A DNA stretch of 64,000 nt, taken from assembly GCF_964355755.1 (NCBI RefSeq), contig NC_092670.1:41205388-41269387 (forward strand), written 5' to 3'. The stretch comes from Antedon mediterranea (lineage: Eukaryota; Animalia; Echinodermata). The translations under genes and the position numbers were made by a program. The notes below the pieces were generated by a model. That model had not been told where the DNA came from. It ran no database searches and was given only the letters and a program-made list of their open reading frames with translations. Positions 41,891 to 55,200 of the stretch are shown piece by piece. How positions within the stretch are numbered: position 1 is the first letter of the stretch; each line of letters starts with the position of its first letter.

Positions 41891-42229
41891 ACTGTACATA
41901 CAATGCACCAGACATTCAAAACCTACTCATTTCATATTGGAAAATAAACTTCTGTAAAAAATGCTGCTAACATATTTAAAATTGTTTTTGAATAAATTCA
42001 CTACAGCCAGTAGATTATATAGTATTAATAATGTGTATAGTATGTGTATTATTTTCTGGTTCCTTTTGATAAAAATGTGTACGACCTGAAGAAAATTTCT
42101 ATAAAACAATTGATGTTTAAATATTTAAATAGGTTTTATTCTGGTTTTATGAAATAAACACATTTATTTTGAAAACCTACAAAATACTGTACTTACAAAA
42201 ATTCATAAAATATTCATATTTATTGTTAA

Positions 42230-42789
42230 AGGCCAGGTACGGGCAAAGAATTTCTATTGATCATACATTCCAATAATTATCGATCTATAGCTTCCCCTAT
42301 GTTTCATCATTTTTGGGATTTTATTTGTATTACCTTGTTGAAAGTGGGGGGGGGGGGGGGGGATAAGTTCAAATTACACATTAAAATCGCTATTTTTTTG
42401 TACACAAATGTTTTAACTAGAGAGGCATTTTTTAAAAACTGTTAAAAATGTTATCAGATGACTTAATATAGGTAATATAACTTGAGTTTTACGTTCCTGG
42501 TGTTTTATTTCAACTTCTGATAATTTTATTTTTGTGCTATAGCAAAAATGATCCACCGTATGCCCACCATCCTTTTTTCATTTTCTAGGGAGTCACCAGA
42601 CATGTTATTACATTAGGTTAAACTACTGAAAAAAAAATTGTGCCTATTATTGCAGAATTGTGGCAAATTTTGTATTTGACCATTTAAAGGGAAATTCATG
42701 TTTTTCGTCATGTTTTCTGTTATACACATATTTCATTTATGTACAATTAACCAAATATTATGTTTAAAATTCATGCCTGTACCTGAGCT
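42230..42789. mobile_element. Kolobok-like MITE
   Basis: TTAA on both sides; imperfect TIR aggccaggtacgggca / tgcctgtacctgagct. Confidence 0.7.
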
Positions 42790-42932
42790 TTAAAACAGTA
42801 CAACTCATGACATGAAAATACCTATATCTACTAAACAGTACAACTCATGACATGAAAATACCTATATCTACTAAACTGTGTACAGCTTTAAAGGTGACAA
42901 ATTTGGTATTTCACACTTTCTCCCATAACATT

Positions 42933-43158
42933 TTACTTTCCGGGAATGCCAAACCCTTCCTGGTGGTTTCCATGACATCTTACTTTCCGGGAATGCCAAA
43001 CCCTTCCTGGTGGTTTCCATGACATCTTACTTTCCAGGAATGCCAAACCCTTCCTGGTGGTTTCCATGACATCTTACTTTCCAGGAATGCCAAACCCTTC
43101 CCGGTGGTTTCCATGACATCTTACTTTCCGGGAATGCCAAACCCTTCCCGGTGGTTTC
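42933..43158 (-). repeat. 47-bp x5 repeat of the FMN reductase terminal codons and stop
   Basis: Each unit encodes NH(R/Q)EGFGIPGK*; the true stop is at 43121. Confidence 0.95.
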
Positions 43159-44196
43159 TCATGGCATGTGCATGCCAATCTAATTGGGTAAGAAGTCTCT
43201 TTGCTCCAGACTCCATATGGTCATTCAGAGGTTTGCCTTCTTCATCCAGACTCTTGTTAGTTTGAGGTAATCCAAAAATATTTGACACACTGATGCATCC
43301 AATTTCACCCAATAAAGCACGGAGCTGTATGGCTGCCCTCATTCCTCCATACTGTCCTAAAAAAGAGAATTTTAGAGCTTAATAAAATGCAGTCTCTATG
43401 ATAATGATAACTATTGCAACAGCTTAATAATAAATGATATACTCACCTGGAGAGTAGCAAACGATTCCTGAAGGTTTATATGAAAAGCTGCTGCCTGGGA
43501 AGTGGTCCAAGAGATTAGCAAGTGCTGGTGGAATGCTATGATTGTACTCTCCAGTAATGACAACATAACCGTCGGCTTCCTTTATTCTGTTTCCCAGATC
43601 AACCAATAACGGAGGAGCTTCAGATGGATTCTTATAAAAGTGAAGAGGTTTCTTGAGTAGTGGCAAATTTAGTTCTTGGGCATCTAAAATAACATAAATT
43701 ACATTTAGTTAATTGCTTTGAGCAGAATGTGGAAATTATCATTCAATTATAATAAATTTGTTCTTACAAAAACAACACGTTAATCTTTAATTTATTAGAA
43801 AACCCATTAACTTGATTTAAAACCAGGATACATAGCTCAGGTCAAGGCGATCGCGTAGCCTTTTGGCAAAATAATTAGTACTGTCGATCGGTGTCAATCA
43901 CAATAAATTTGATATTGTTCATAAACTGTAAATCACCACGATGAAGGCGCGGCTGCTAATACCACAAAGCAATCAAAGACGGACGATCAATCACAGCTGT
44001 GTTACTTATGGCCTACACGCGATCTCGATACCCTGGTATTGTGGCTAGCTTACTTACCCCGTTACTTACCCATAAAATCTACGTCGTGGCCTGCTTTTAG
44101 CAAGAAGTTTTGCATAAATTTTGCAACACGTAATCCAAGTCTGTTTTCTCGTACAGTTCCAAGGAAAAGTACGTATTTCAATGGTTTGCTAGCCAT
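43121..44196 (-). CDS. NAD(P)H-dependent FMN/quinone reductase (FMN_red flavodoxin fold), 3 exons
   Basis: Exons about 44196-44070, 43683-43447 and 43356-43121. Motifs LGTVRENRLG, ADGYVVITGEYNHSIPPALANLLD, YKPSGIVCYSPGQYGGMRAA. Confidence 0.9.
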
Positions 44197-44899
44197 ATTA
44201 TTATTGTGACCCTTCGATTTACTGTTTACAGTACTTGTTCGTCCTTCTTCGTGTAAACACTCGCATTAAATGACACAGCAAATTGCAGTACTGTACTGTG
44301 TTATGTAGCTAGTTCTATTCGGATCGTATTTCATTCATACAGACTAATCCAAACATAATACTATACCAGCCCGAGTTACCACCGCGCATGCGTAAGATAA
44401 GAAGACACCGACTTTGTGCGAAAATTGTAATGCGAAACCCCCACCTCCTCCCACCCCATGGCCTGCTACCCCTCCCCTGGGGCTAAGCCTAAGACAATTT
44501 TGAAAAAACAAAATGGAAATGGCACTTATAATTGAAATTTGAAACGAAATATTGGAGCTCAACTATGAACATTTCGAAAAACAGAGTTGCTCGGTCCCCG
44601 ACAACATTTGTTTAAATATGAAACAAATAATTGGTATTATATATCTCTGTAAATTGTAAACGATTATTTGATGATCTAGTTTATTTTGATATTTGAATCC
44701 TCATTGTTAACCTAACCAATTTAAATGAGCAGTTGAAACACATAGTAGATTTGTGTGATATAAATACGGACAATCAATTCTAAAAAGACACATTATATGC
44801 TATTATTATTCTGTGGACAGGACAACATGCAATGAGTAAAAGGGATATATTACAAATAAAAAATAATAAAAGAAAAACAATACTTATTATTTTCCATTA

Positions 44900-44977
44900 A
44901 AAAAAACATCGGTAGAGGTTCGAACCCAATCTACTAGAGCTGAGAGCACTCAAACCTGAGCATTAACCGTTACGCCA
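44900..44977 (-). other. tRNA-like Pol III element (SINE head or pseudo-tRNA)
   Basis: On the minus strand: A box tggcgtaacgg, B box ggttcgaacc and a T-run; no clean cloverleaf. Confidence 0.55.
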
Positions 44978-45044
44978 CAAAGTAGTATATGACTGAACAG
45001 CTGATAATAGTCTATTTATACGTGTATTACGCAATTCATCATTA

Positions 45045-45250
45045 CGTTAGTCGTAACAGCTGCACGTATGTGTCGTGGGTTCGATTCCCACGCTGGTCGA
45101 TGGAATAGAGTTAAAGCTATGCGAGCAACTGTGTTGGGGTTCACAGAATTATACGTCCGCCTTTCCACCACACATCATGAGGCGACAACATCAATGGATG
45201 GACATCAGGAGTGCTGAGGCAAGGAGAGCACATTTAATATCTTTTTTTTT
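45045..45250 (+). mobile_element. Probable tRNA-derived SINE fragment
   Basis: T-arm/B box cgtggg-ttcgatt-cccacg, followed by a GC-richer body. Confidence 0.4.
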
Positions 45251-45448
45251 CATTTAATTTTTTTTCAACCTGTATTCGATCTCGTAAATTTTATGTTTGC
45301 CGTTTTTTTTAAAAAGAAATTGAATTTATATTTCATCGCAACATCTATTTTTATGTGCTTGTGCGGCTGCGGGATTATTCTTTCGATCTCCTGCATTTTA
45401 TATTTAGCGCCCTCAATTTTAAGAACACCCGCGTTAGCTTACCTTGGT

Positions 45449-47099
45449 CAAAGATAGTGTAGTAGGAAGATGTTACACTTCGCTCAAAAATTAGAGAACC
45501 GCTCGAGATAGGGCGCCTCTCACGACGAGTAGGGATAGACGAATCTGAAAGATGAGGAGCGCAATAGCAAATCCCAACGAAAATGGTGTTTTCGGCAATA
45601 AATTGTAAAAATAAGCCACAAAAAACATAAAACTTCTTTTTTTTTCTTTATTATACAAAGTTAAAAATTAATATGATGTTTTCATACTGTTTTTGGATCT
45701 TTTTAATTGTTAATACATTTATTTGGAGTGAGTTTTGGAATGACATGACTGTAAACACTGAGCTAGGATCAGGAGGAGGCTTACGCGCGCCTGTAGACGC
45801 AATCATGAATGGATGCTGGTCATCTCGTACCCAAACCAACCCGTACCCAAACCAACCCGTACCCAAACCAACCCGTACCCATAAAAACTCTTACTCATCT
45901 TGGTAAACACCAGTCAAGTCTGAAGTCATAATGCACATTTTACAGTATTGTTGTTGGCAAACAATATATGATTTATGAATAAATGATAGCAATTCTTCTG
46001 CAATTTCAATATTTTCTATACAGCAATTTCTAAAAACTCTAGGGGTAGGTAGAAATTATTCTTTTTCTATAGATTAATATAGAATTCTAAAACTTCTATA
46101 TATAGATTCTACAGAACATTTTTTGTAAGGGTAGTATAATAAAAGGGGCTAAAGTAGGCCTCCCCACGGATATTTTTTTCTTTGATATACCTTACCAATA
46201 TTAATGATGAACTCATCGGCTTATATTATTATCGATAATGTTAGGCATTACATAATCATGGCAAATTACGATGAATGCACGAAAGTTCGGAGTGTTACAA
46301 GCATAATATAATAATTAGTTATTATTAAATTATTTAAATTAATAGATAATTAACAATAATTGTTTTTTTTTTAAGTAAAAAAAACATACCCGTAGTCCTA
46401 TATTCCTATTGAATGTTGCGGCCTACTGGTACCGTATTCATTGTATATGTTTCCCCTTATAGACGACTATTTGTATAATAATTAATATTATTGATTACAA
46501 TAGAGATTGATTGATTGATTACACATGCCATACTACCTATTCTCTTTTATTACCCATTTAGAAATAAACCATACGTAATCGATTATTATATAGGCATACA
46601 CATTGTAGGCCTATTATTATTACCACTAATAGGCCCCTAATATATTTATTCACTCTGATAAAAAAGTGTTTCTAAAGCTAGGTATTACATTCTTTATCTC
46701 TGTCCAATGTTAACAATTAAATGTAAATAATAATTTTTTTAAAGTTAAGTTGATTTGCAAATAAAAACATTAAAATAAAAGAAATAAAATATGGTAGATA
46801 TTCCAGGTACCTAAACAATTCCAGGTAATTGAAACACAAATTTGTATTCCAAAACATAAAAATATGATTCATTTGCACTTTCTATAAAGATAACATTACA
46901 TTTTATATGTTAATTCGTATTAAATCTTAATTTTACAATCATATTATTCTACTGTTATAATAGCCTATTTCCTATACAATAACTTTCCGTATCCCTACTC
47001 GACGTGCGAGGCGCCCTTTAAATTTAGCTCCATGTTGTCTAGCTTTTATTTGCATTGAACGAATAGGAAGTGTAACATCTTCCTACTACACTATCTTTG
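45449..47099. mobile_element. P-element-like non-autonomous DNA transposon
   Basis: Perfect 33-bp TIR caaagatagtgtagtaggaagatgttacacttc, extending imperfectly to about 95 bp; 7-bp TSD ccttggt; CA..TG ends. Confidence 0.88.
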
Positions 47100-47578
47100 C
47101 CTTGGTGATGATAGGGCGGCCGCTGCGTGACCAATCAAATTGGTCGTCGCGACGAAAACAGCAAAGTACAACAACTTTATGTATCGACGATTCACCGTAG
47201 TGAACTTAAACCTTGTGTAAGTTTCTCATGTTTTACAAAAGAGGATAGGTCCGGGGATAGGTCAGGGAGGGCCAGCATATGTTTCACAATTAACATTGAT
47301 TTATCCTTAAATGTAAAGGTAAGACTCAATTACTTGTATTGTGTCACATTCATAAAAATAGCCCACAAAAGGGACTATCCCTAAACCTTACACGAGTATG
47401 CCCTCTACTGTACTGGACAGGCTATAACAACTAGTAGTAGTAGGTGGTGGTCTAATAAAAACCCAGAGAAAAGATAAGGGAGACAGACGACCACCAGCAG
47501 TTCTCATATTCTACTGTATTCTATCTATCAGAAGAAACACAAAATGACAAAATGCTAGTAACACAGCGTACTCTTTCC

Positions 47579-49348
47579 GGATGCTAGTCAAGTCGCCCCA
47601 TCGCAAAGTCGCCCCATACAAAGTCGCCCCTTACACAGTCGCCCCATCGCAAAGTCGCCCCAAAACAAAGTCGCCCCGACACAGTCGCCCCATCGCAAAG
47701 TCGCCCCATCGCAAAGTCGCCCCAACGCAACGTCGCCCCATCGCAAAGTCGCCCCATCACAAAGTCGCCCTATCGCAAAGTCGCCCCAAAACGTTAAAAA
47801 ATAGTTTACAAGTGCGTAAAATGTCGCAATGATACACAAAATAACACGGAACGTGTAGGCATAAAAAGGGGAAGCCCCGCCATGTAGTTTCAGGTCACAC
47901 GATCGGCACGCACCACCATCATCAGAGAGGAAGCCCCCGACTAATCACTCCGCGGTCGCACTAACGTGCTAGCTTACCAGAGGGAAACCCCCGTAATTAC
48001 TCCGCCGTTGTCGCACTACAACGCACCATCTGAAGATGGGGAAACCCCGCCGGAGTTTTACGATGATATCAGTCGCGTTCGAAATCGGTCGCGTTTAAAT
48101 TTGGTCGCGATAAAATGATGTTATACGATCTAGATTATATACATAGTATTACGTAATGAACATTGATTGTAAGCCTGGAAAGGCAATCCCATCATTATAT
48201 CCATTATAAAATTGCATCATATCACCACTATATGTCGTAAATGATGACGTGCGTGTGTGTATTCGTCGTACGTCCGTGTACGTATTATTCCGTGCCTCTT
48301 CACGGTCTTGTTTAATTTAAAATTAAATAAATACCCGATATGAGGATATTTATTAGGCATGATAATTAGAATGTTCTAGGCCTAACCAAAAGGGTTGAAA
48401 AGAATTTCTTCAGTAAAATGATCATTGTGCTGTTGAATAAAAGGCGACTCGCCATCTGAAACATTCTCTGAAACCAATCGGAACTGCGCCGTCTTTCTGC
48501 TGACCGTCGGGGATTGCTCTTTTTAAAAAACACGCACACGATACTGTACGATGGTTTTTCCATGGTCAAAATGTAGCGTTTTAATTTTACTAAAATACCT
48601 GCATGTAAAACAATCATATCGGCGATGAAATCCTTTTTTTTTAATTTCTTTATTTTGAAAAGTCATTATAAAATTAAGACACATAACTTGTCAATAAATG
48701 CAAAATGATCAATAAGTAGCCTATAACACTCATTGTCTTACAACACTGTTATTGTTTTAACTACTGTAAATCTATAGGAAGGCCTAGGCTACTACACATT
48801 TATACATTTATTATAATTATTATCCTAAAAAATTAGCTGGTATCCACGCGTAGGTTGAAGAAAGATTCGTAATTGTGGCTCTGGTAACTAATTTTAAAAT
48901 CATATTAAATTAACATTTTCGAAACTATAAATCAGGGATAGGCCTAATCTTTTTAGAACTTTCAAACAAGGGACTATTTTTTTAATGATTTTTAATAAAA
49001 AGCACATCACTCCATTAAAACCTTAAAAATTAAAACACAAATTATGTATATAGGATAAACATTATACTGTATACGACATTTAGCGCGACCAAAGTAACAA
49101 CGCAATCGATATCAAACGCAACCAATATGATTAAAACCGTGGGCGACTTTGCGATGGGGCGACTTTGCGTTGGGGCGACTTTGCGATGGGGCGAATTTCC
49201 GATGGGGCGACTTTGTAATGGGGCGACTTTGCGATGGGGCGACTGTGCCGGGGCGACTTTGTTTTGGGGCGACTTTGCGATGGGGCGACTTTGTATTGGG
49301 CGACTTTGTATGGGGCGACTTTGCGATGGGGCGACTTGACTGGATCCC
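47579..49348. mobile_element. Non-autonomous DNA transposon with ~200-bp inverted subterminal (aaagtcgccccatcgc)n arrays and an 8-bp TSD
   Basis: TSD ctctttcc at 47571-47578 and 49349-49356; arrays at about 47586-47790 and 49141-49341. Confidence 0.92.
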
Positions 49349-49500
49349 CTCTTTCCACGTATATATAGTGCATGTTTATTCAGAATGTTTAAACAGTACA
49401 GAACAAATCTAGGGAAGTGGAGAAGAGACAAGAAGAGTGTAGTGCATATAAATGATGAGTTTGTACTAAAATATTTTGAATGTTGTTGAACTATCGTTAT

Positions 49501-50997
49501 TTACCTCCGCCAAGAAGGAGGTATATGTAATCGGTAGCGGGTGTTTGTTTGTTTGTCTGTTTGTCTGTTTGTTTGTTACTTGGCAAAAAGAATTTTGCCA
49601 AGTATAGTATTTACTTTGTAAGTATAGTATTTACTTTGTAAGTATAGTATTTACTTTGTTTGTATGTTTGTTTGTTTGTTAGCACGATAGCGCCTACAGT
49701 TTTCAAGTTATTCTTCTGAATTTTTGGGTGTAGATAGGTATATACAGTACTTTCAGACCATGCCTATTGAAAGTCAACAAAATTAGTTTATTAATAACTT
49801 CACAAATAACAAAAATGATATTATTTTCAGACTGGCTAGTGTTCAAAGATAGGAGACAATTTTTCAAAAGCCGGTGAGCAGTTTTAAAGTAACACGTAAA
49901 CTGAAATTACATTTTCTCGAGAACTACTTACAGAACATGCCTATTGATTTTCAGGTAAATTGATATATTGTTTGTCACAAAAGCTTATCTTCCGTACGAT
50001 ATATTAAATAGCACGCATTCTGTCTTTTTTTAACATAGACATATTCTTTGATATGGACCAAAACATTAGTCGACTGGTCAAGCGGTTAAGCTTACTACAT
50101 GGGTTAAGGCAGAGGCGCCGCAAATCGGCACAGTTTCAAGACACTCCTCGATCATTATTCTGGTCAATCTTGATTTTAGAAAGGTCATTGTTGCAATGCC
50201 AAAGTTGTTTGTATCCAACAATTATTTAAACAAATTATTAACCCCAGCAAGATTTTAACAATGTAAAGCTAATACCTAAAGCAAAAAAAATGTATCTTTC
50301 AACATGCTCCGAGTCCGAGAGATATATTTTGCCAAGTACTTCACTCAGTTTCTGAGTGCTTTCATTTGTTTGTTTGTTAGCAGGATTACTCAAAAAGTAA
50401 TTACAAGATCTTTACCAAAATGAATGTACAGATAGATATGTGGTCAAGGACCATTCCATTAAATTTTGGGACCATTTCGGACCACGGTCCCAATTCTGGA
50501 CCACTTTTTAGTATACTTTTTTAGACCTGCTAGTGTTAAAAGATAGGACAGAATTTTCCAAAAGCCGGCGAGCAGTCTTAAAGTAACAAGTAATCTGAAA
50601 TTGCATTTTCTCGAGAACTACTTCATTTTTTAAAACAAGAGCCAAGAGTTATGATTTGTGATTTGTAATTTTAAAACATAATTTGATTTAATGTGCACGT
50701 TTTTGGATGCGAGTAGTTTAAAAAACCTATTTCTTTTCAAATTCACTCGTTTGATTTTCGCGTTGCTGTTCTATTGTTAGTCAACTGAAGCTATTGTTAA
50801 TTGAAAGGCTTGTTACATACCGTAACCATTACACCAAACTCGCATACACGTCATGCTTGTAGTGAAATTAGCCTAAATCACAAACAGCATTAAGACACAC
50901 ACAAATATATATATATATTTCTTTTTTACCGGAGAAATCTTATGTAGGAGAATTTTACAGTAGGCGGAGGTATGCACTCTCGGAGTGGCTTTCTAGT
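49501..50997 (+). mobile_element. HINE copy with a second HINE family nested at about 49576-50367
   Basis: The outer element matches 15161-15754. The inner one has subTIRs tacttggcaaaa/ttttgccaagta and the 3' hairpin cactcagtttctgagtg. Confidence 0.85.
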
Positions 50998-51514
50998 TAA
51001 TTATATATTTTAGATTAGACCATCTTTTTGAAAAATAACACATGTTAAAAATGTAGTATGTGATTCAAAGATTAAAATCTTATTCTATTTTTATATGGAT
51101 TTGTTAAACCAAAAGGAATATTACTGAAAAAATTACAGATCTCAATGGATAAATAAAATAAGCAAAAAGAAAAACTTTAAACAGCCAAAATGAAATTTCA
51201 GAGCTTTAGGATAAAACAATAATCTAGTTTCCTAAATAACATTAATAATTAATATATTTATTTATGGGTTTTTAAATAATACTTAATTTTAATTAATTAT
51301 TTTAGTTTAAATATTATTTTAATTTGTAAATTTTAAATGACAACTTTACCTGGATGAACTTTCATTGTTTAACATGTACAATCCTATATATTTGTTGTTG
51401 TATAGTTTTCAGAACATTGCAATTAATTCTTAAAATAAAGGTTTAAGATGGTTTTAAATAAAATTGACAAAAATGTTTGTGATCAGTTCAGTTAGTAATC
51501 AGCGCAAAGTTGTG

Positions 51515-51672
51515 TCTTGATCTAACCGGGTACCCATTTATACACCTGGGTGGAGAGAGGCAAACGTAAGTAAAGTATCTTGCCTAAGGATACAAGCAAT
51601 GCGGCGAGAGTGGGATTCGAATCACAATCTCACGATCAGTTGTCCAACGTCCAACATACTGCACCACACGCC
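51515..51672 (-). mobile_element. tRNA-derived SINE (head plus conserved central domain)
   Basis: On the minus strand: A-box-like gtggtgcagt and B-box-like gattcgaatccc. The body reads gggtacccatttatacacctgggtggagagagg on the plus strand. Confidence 0.7.
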
Positions 51673-52291
51673 CTTATTTTAATAGATTTAATAATTTATA
51701 TTTGTAAAAAAATAATTTGTTGAAAATTTGCTGGATTTTTACAAGAAGTGTACAGTACTTTATTGTATGTTTATGGTATTTTAAAAGCATTTTTGTTATA
51801 ATTGAAATGTGTTTTGACGTAATTTCTTCATTATGAATATTACACTAGATCTATTTATATAACCATGCAGTATATTAATCGTTGTTTGATCGCATCATTG
51901 GTTCTTTACACTTTAAAGATTCCATATGAATAATAATACAAACAGAAAGCCATATTAAAAGAAACACAAAAGATGTCAATTGAAAGCAGGAAATACCAGT
52001 GAAATATTTTAGAAGAAGCTAGCTTCAATCAACTTGTTGTACTTGATAAAATAAAATTTGGTTTTAAATGCATTCTACTGTATTTGTTACAAATTGAAAA
52101 TTTTTGTTGGCAATTGACTAAAACCAATGCTTACCATTAGTGGTATTAATGTTTTAGTATGTTCCTAATAATGTCATGTTTGCATGTCATTTTCTAATCC
52201 ATTTTTAGCATGTTTTATGTTGCATGCTTTGCTCTTTTTTATAAATATATTTTAATTATGCATATTTTCAGCTTTTAATATCTAACCCATC

Positions 52292-55200
52292 ATGGAAACT
52301 ATGTCATGCACTGGACATACAGTCGGTAAGTATTGCATTGCATGAAATGTTAACATAATAATAAGAACAAACTTTCCTTGGAAGTAGTTTATACACTTTA
52401 AAAATTATAGATGAGTTAGGGTACAGTAGGCCTACTATGCGTTTTTCCAAAAAAATCCATGGAACATTGTCTAAATCTTTATCACTATACAAATATTTGA
52501 TTGCAGTTTGAACTACATACACACTACATAAAAACTTCATCACTTGACATAATGTCATCTTAAGTATACATGAGAAATGCAATATTTACGTGAACTTTGG
52601 TTGAACTTTAGTCTATTAATGTCTAATATGAAATCCAGACACACTGTTATCAGGTGTATTATGCAATTCATTTTAAGTCTAGACTTAACAATAAAATTGA
52701 GGAAGGAACATTTTGAGTTGTCACTAGATTTTGAAATTTAAGTTTTGATTAATAAATCTTATGTATTCAGTCTTCCATATCATGTAGGTTCCTCAACAAG
52801 GAAAGTCAAATAAATATGGTTTGAACTTGTAAAGCTGTATTATCCCTTAATTATGGTAGCATATTGTAAAAACATATAATGCGACCTACCGCTGATAGTT
52901 TAAAAGATCAGCTTGATCATGCAGAAAGAAGGTCATATTTTGGCTTTAAAACTTGCTGAAGGGTGATGTTGTCTTCAAAATGTTCTTCCTGTTTGTAAAT
53001 TAAACATAGTCTTGGGTGGTGTTTAACCTATGATGTTGGATTGATTTTAATCTGTAAGTTATTGTCAAATTGGTAGTTAAATACACCTGTACTTACTTCT
53101 TTAAGTTAGATTGTTTGTTGCTACTGTCTTCTTTAAGATTTAATTGTCTCTTGCTATAATTTATACTTTTTACTTTCTATAGCTATATAATTTCTTATTT
53201 AAGTTACATTGGCTGTTGCTATAATTTATTCTTTAGGCTAGATGTCCTTTACATATTAATGTTATCTTAAAATCATAACGTGTATACATTACCCTGCATT
53301 GTCCTTTAATAAATGAATCTATATTTATGTTTAACTCTTAATTACATTGTTAATTATCTTATGAGAGAAGCATAAGAAGCATTGAGAAAACCGAGAGGTT
53401 CTCGTGGTGGCAGAAATAAAAGTCGTAAGATTAAAGTCGTTATTGGTAATGGGCGTAGGCCTAGGCCTACCACCATGGCCGCCCTCAACAAAAGTGGCTC
53501 TTCTCGAAATAATCTGGTCACAATTAAACTACGTAGATCAAGAGTTTCTTGTCCGAGACTTTTCCTTGCTAATGCCCGCTCTGTTAAAAATAAGATTGAT
53601 GAATTTGAAGCCACCACTTCCAAATTCAAAGTCGATATAGCTGTGTTAACAGAGACTTGGCTGAATGATGCTACTATTGATTTTGTGAATTGTTCCGGTT
53701 TTAAAAAGTTCACGAAGAATAGATGCAACAAGAGAGGTGGTGGTGTTGCTATTTTTGTTGGTGATGATTTTGCCTGTGAATCTTGCATTGCACATGGTAG
53801 CTGTAATTTCGAATGCTTTTGGATAAAGACATCTATTCCAGGCAAGTCAAATCAAGGTAGTCACTTTTATATTGGAGCTATTTATTATCCTCCGTCTGCC
53901 GCTAATGCGGATTTGTTGATTGAGCACATTGTTGATACAATTGATAACATTCGTTCTATGGATTTCGCTGCTCCTATTGCTATTTTGGATGACTTTAATG
54001 ACCTAGATCTAGCTGAGCTGGAAGTGAATGTTGGACTGTCGCAAGTTGTTAACTTCGCTACACGAAAGGATGCCCTGTTGGACAAGATATTTTTGAGTCG
54101 TGCTGATCTTTACCATCTTCCGCAACGCTTAGCGCCACTGGGTCGGAGTGACCATAATGCCATCCTATTGGAACCACTGATTGAATTACCTCAGCACAAG
54201 CGTCTATCAGTGCGTTCTCAGCCATATCGTGACTCCTCTGTTTTGTCCTTTGGTCAATGGGTTACAACCCATGAGTGGAATGATGTGCTGAATATTGAGG
54301 ACGTCAATCGAAAAACCAAAATGTTCTCTTCAATTTTGAATGGTGCTTTTAACAAGATATTTCCTGTGCTGATTAGGAACAAGCGCACTGCTGACAAGCC
54401 CTGGATGTCCGACAAGATTCGAAGATTAATTGACTCTAGACAAAATTTGTTTCGTAGGTTTGGATGAGTGGCGTTCAATTCGCAACTTAGTCCAAGATTG
54501 TATTAGAAAGGCTAAAAACAAATATTATTGTAATTCCTTATTAAGTCTTAAACGTAACAACCCTGCCATGTGGCATAAAGGTATTAAACAACTATGTAAT
54601 CTTAAGACTAAAAATACTAATTTCACCTTGCCTGGGCTGTCCAAAGTTGAAACTGCCTCTGATGCCCATTTCTCTAGTGTTTGTAATGCCATCCCTCCTC
54701 TTAATTTAAACGATTTGCCTGCTTATCTCCCAGCCCCTGGGCCACCACCTTTAATATATGCTGGTCAGGTCCTAAAAGCCCTTTGTAATCTTAAGCCTAA
54801 CAAAGCTGGCCATCCAGATGAACCTCCTATTAAACTATATAGAGATTTTGCTCCTGAACTTGCTGAACCTGTTGCGGATATCTTCAATCATGCATTGAAG
54901 GATGGTGTTTTCCCCGACCTTTGGAAAAGGGCTACTGCAGTTCCCATTCCTAAAACTGTGAATGCTAGTTCTGTCTCTGACCTTAGACCTATTTCCCTTA
55001 CCTATGTTCTTGCCAGGGTATTTGAATCTTTTATTGTTAAGTGGATTCTTGAAGATATTAAGGGTAAATTAGATTCTCGTCAATTTGGTAGTAGGAAAAA
55101 GGCTTCCTCAACTCACTATCTTGTTAGTCTTATTGACTCTACACTCAAAGATGTTGAGAAGGGTAAATGTTATGTTAACCTATGTGCCACTGACTTTACT

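Noticed and set aside
44900-44977. Functional tRNA gene
   Set aside because: A and B boxes are present, but I could not form a proper acceptor stem and anticodon arm.
47581-49431. KSP/QSRP/KVAP repeat ORFs
   Set aside because: Translations of 16-bp subterminal transposon arrays.
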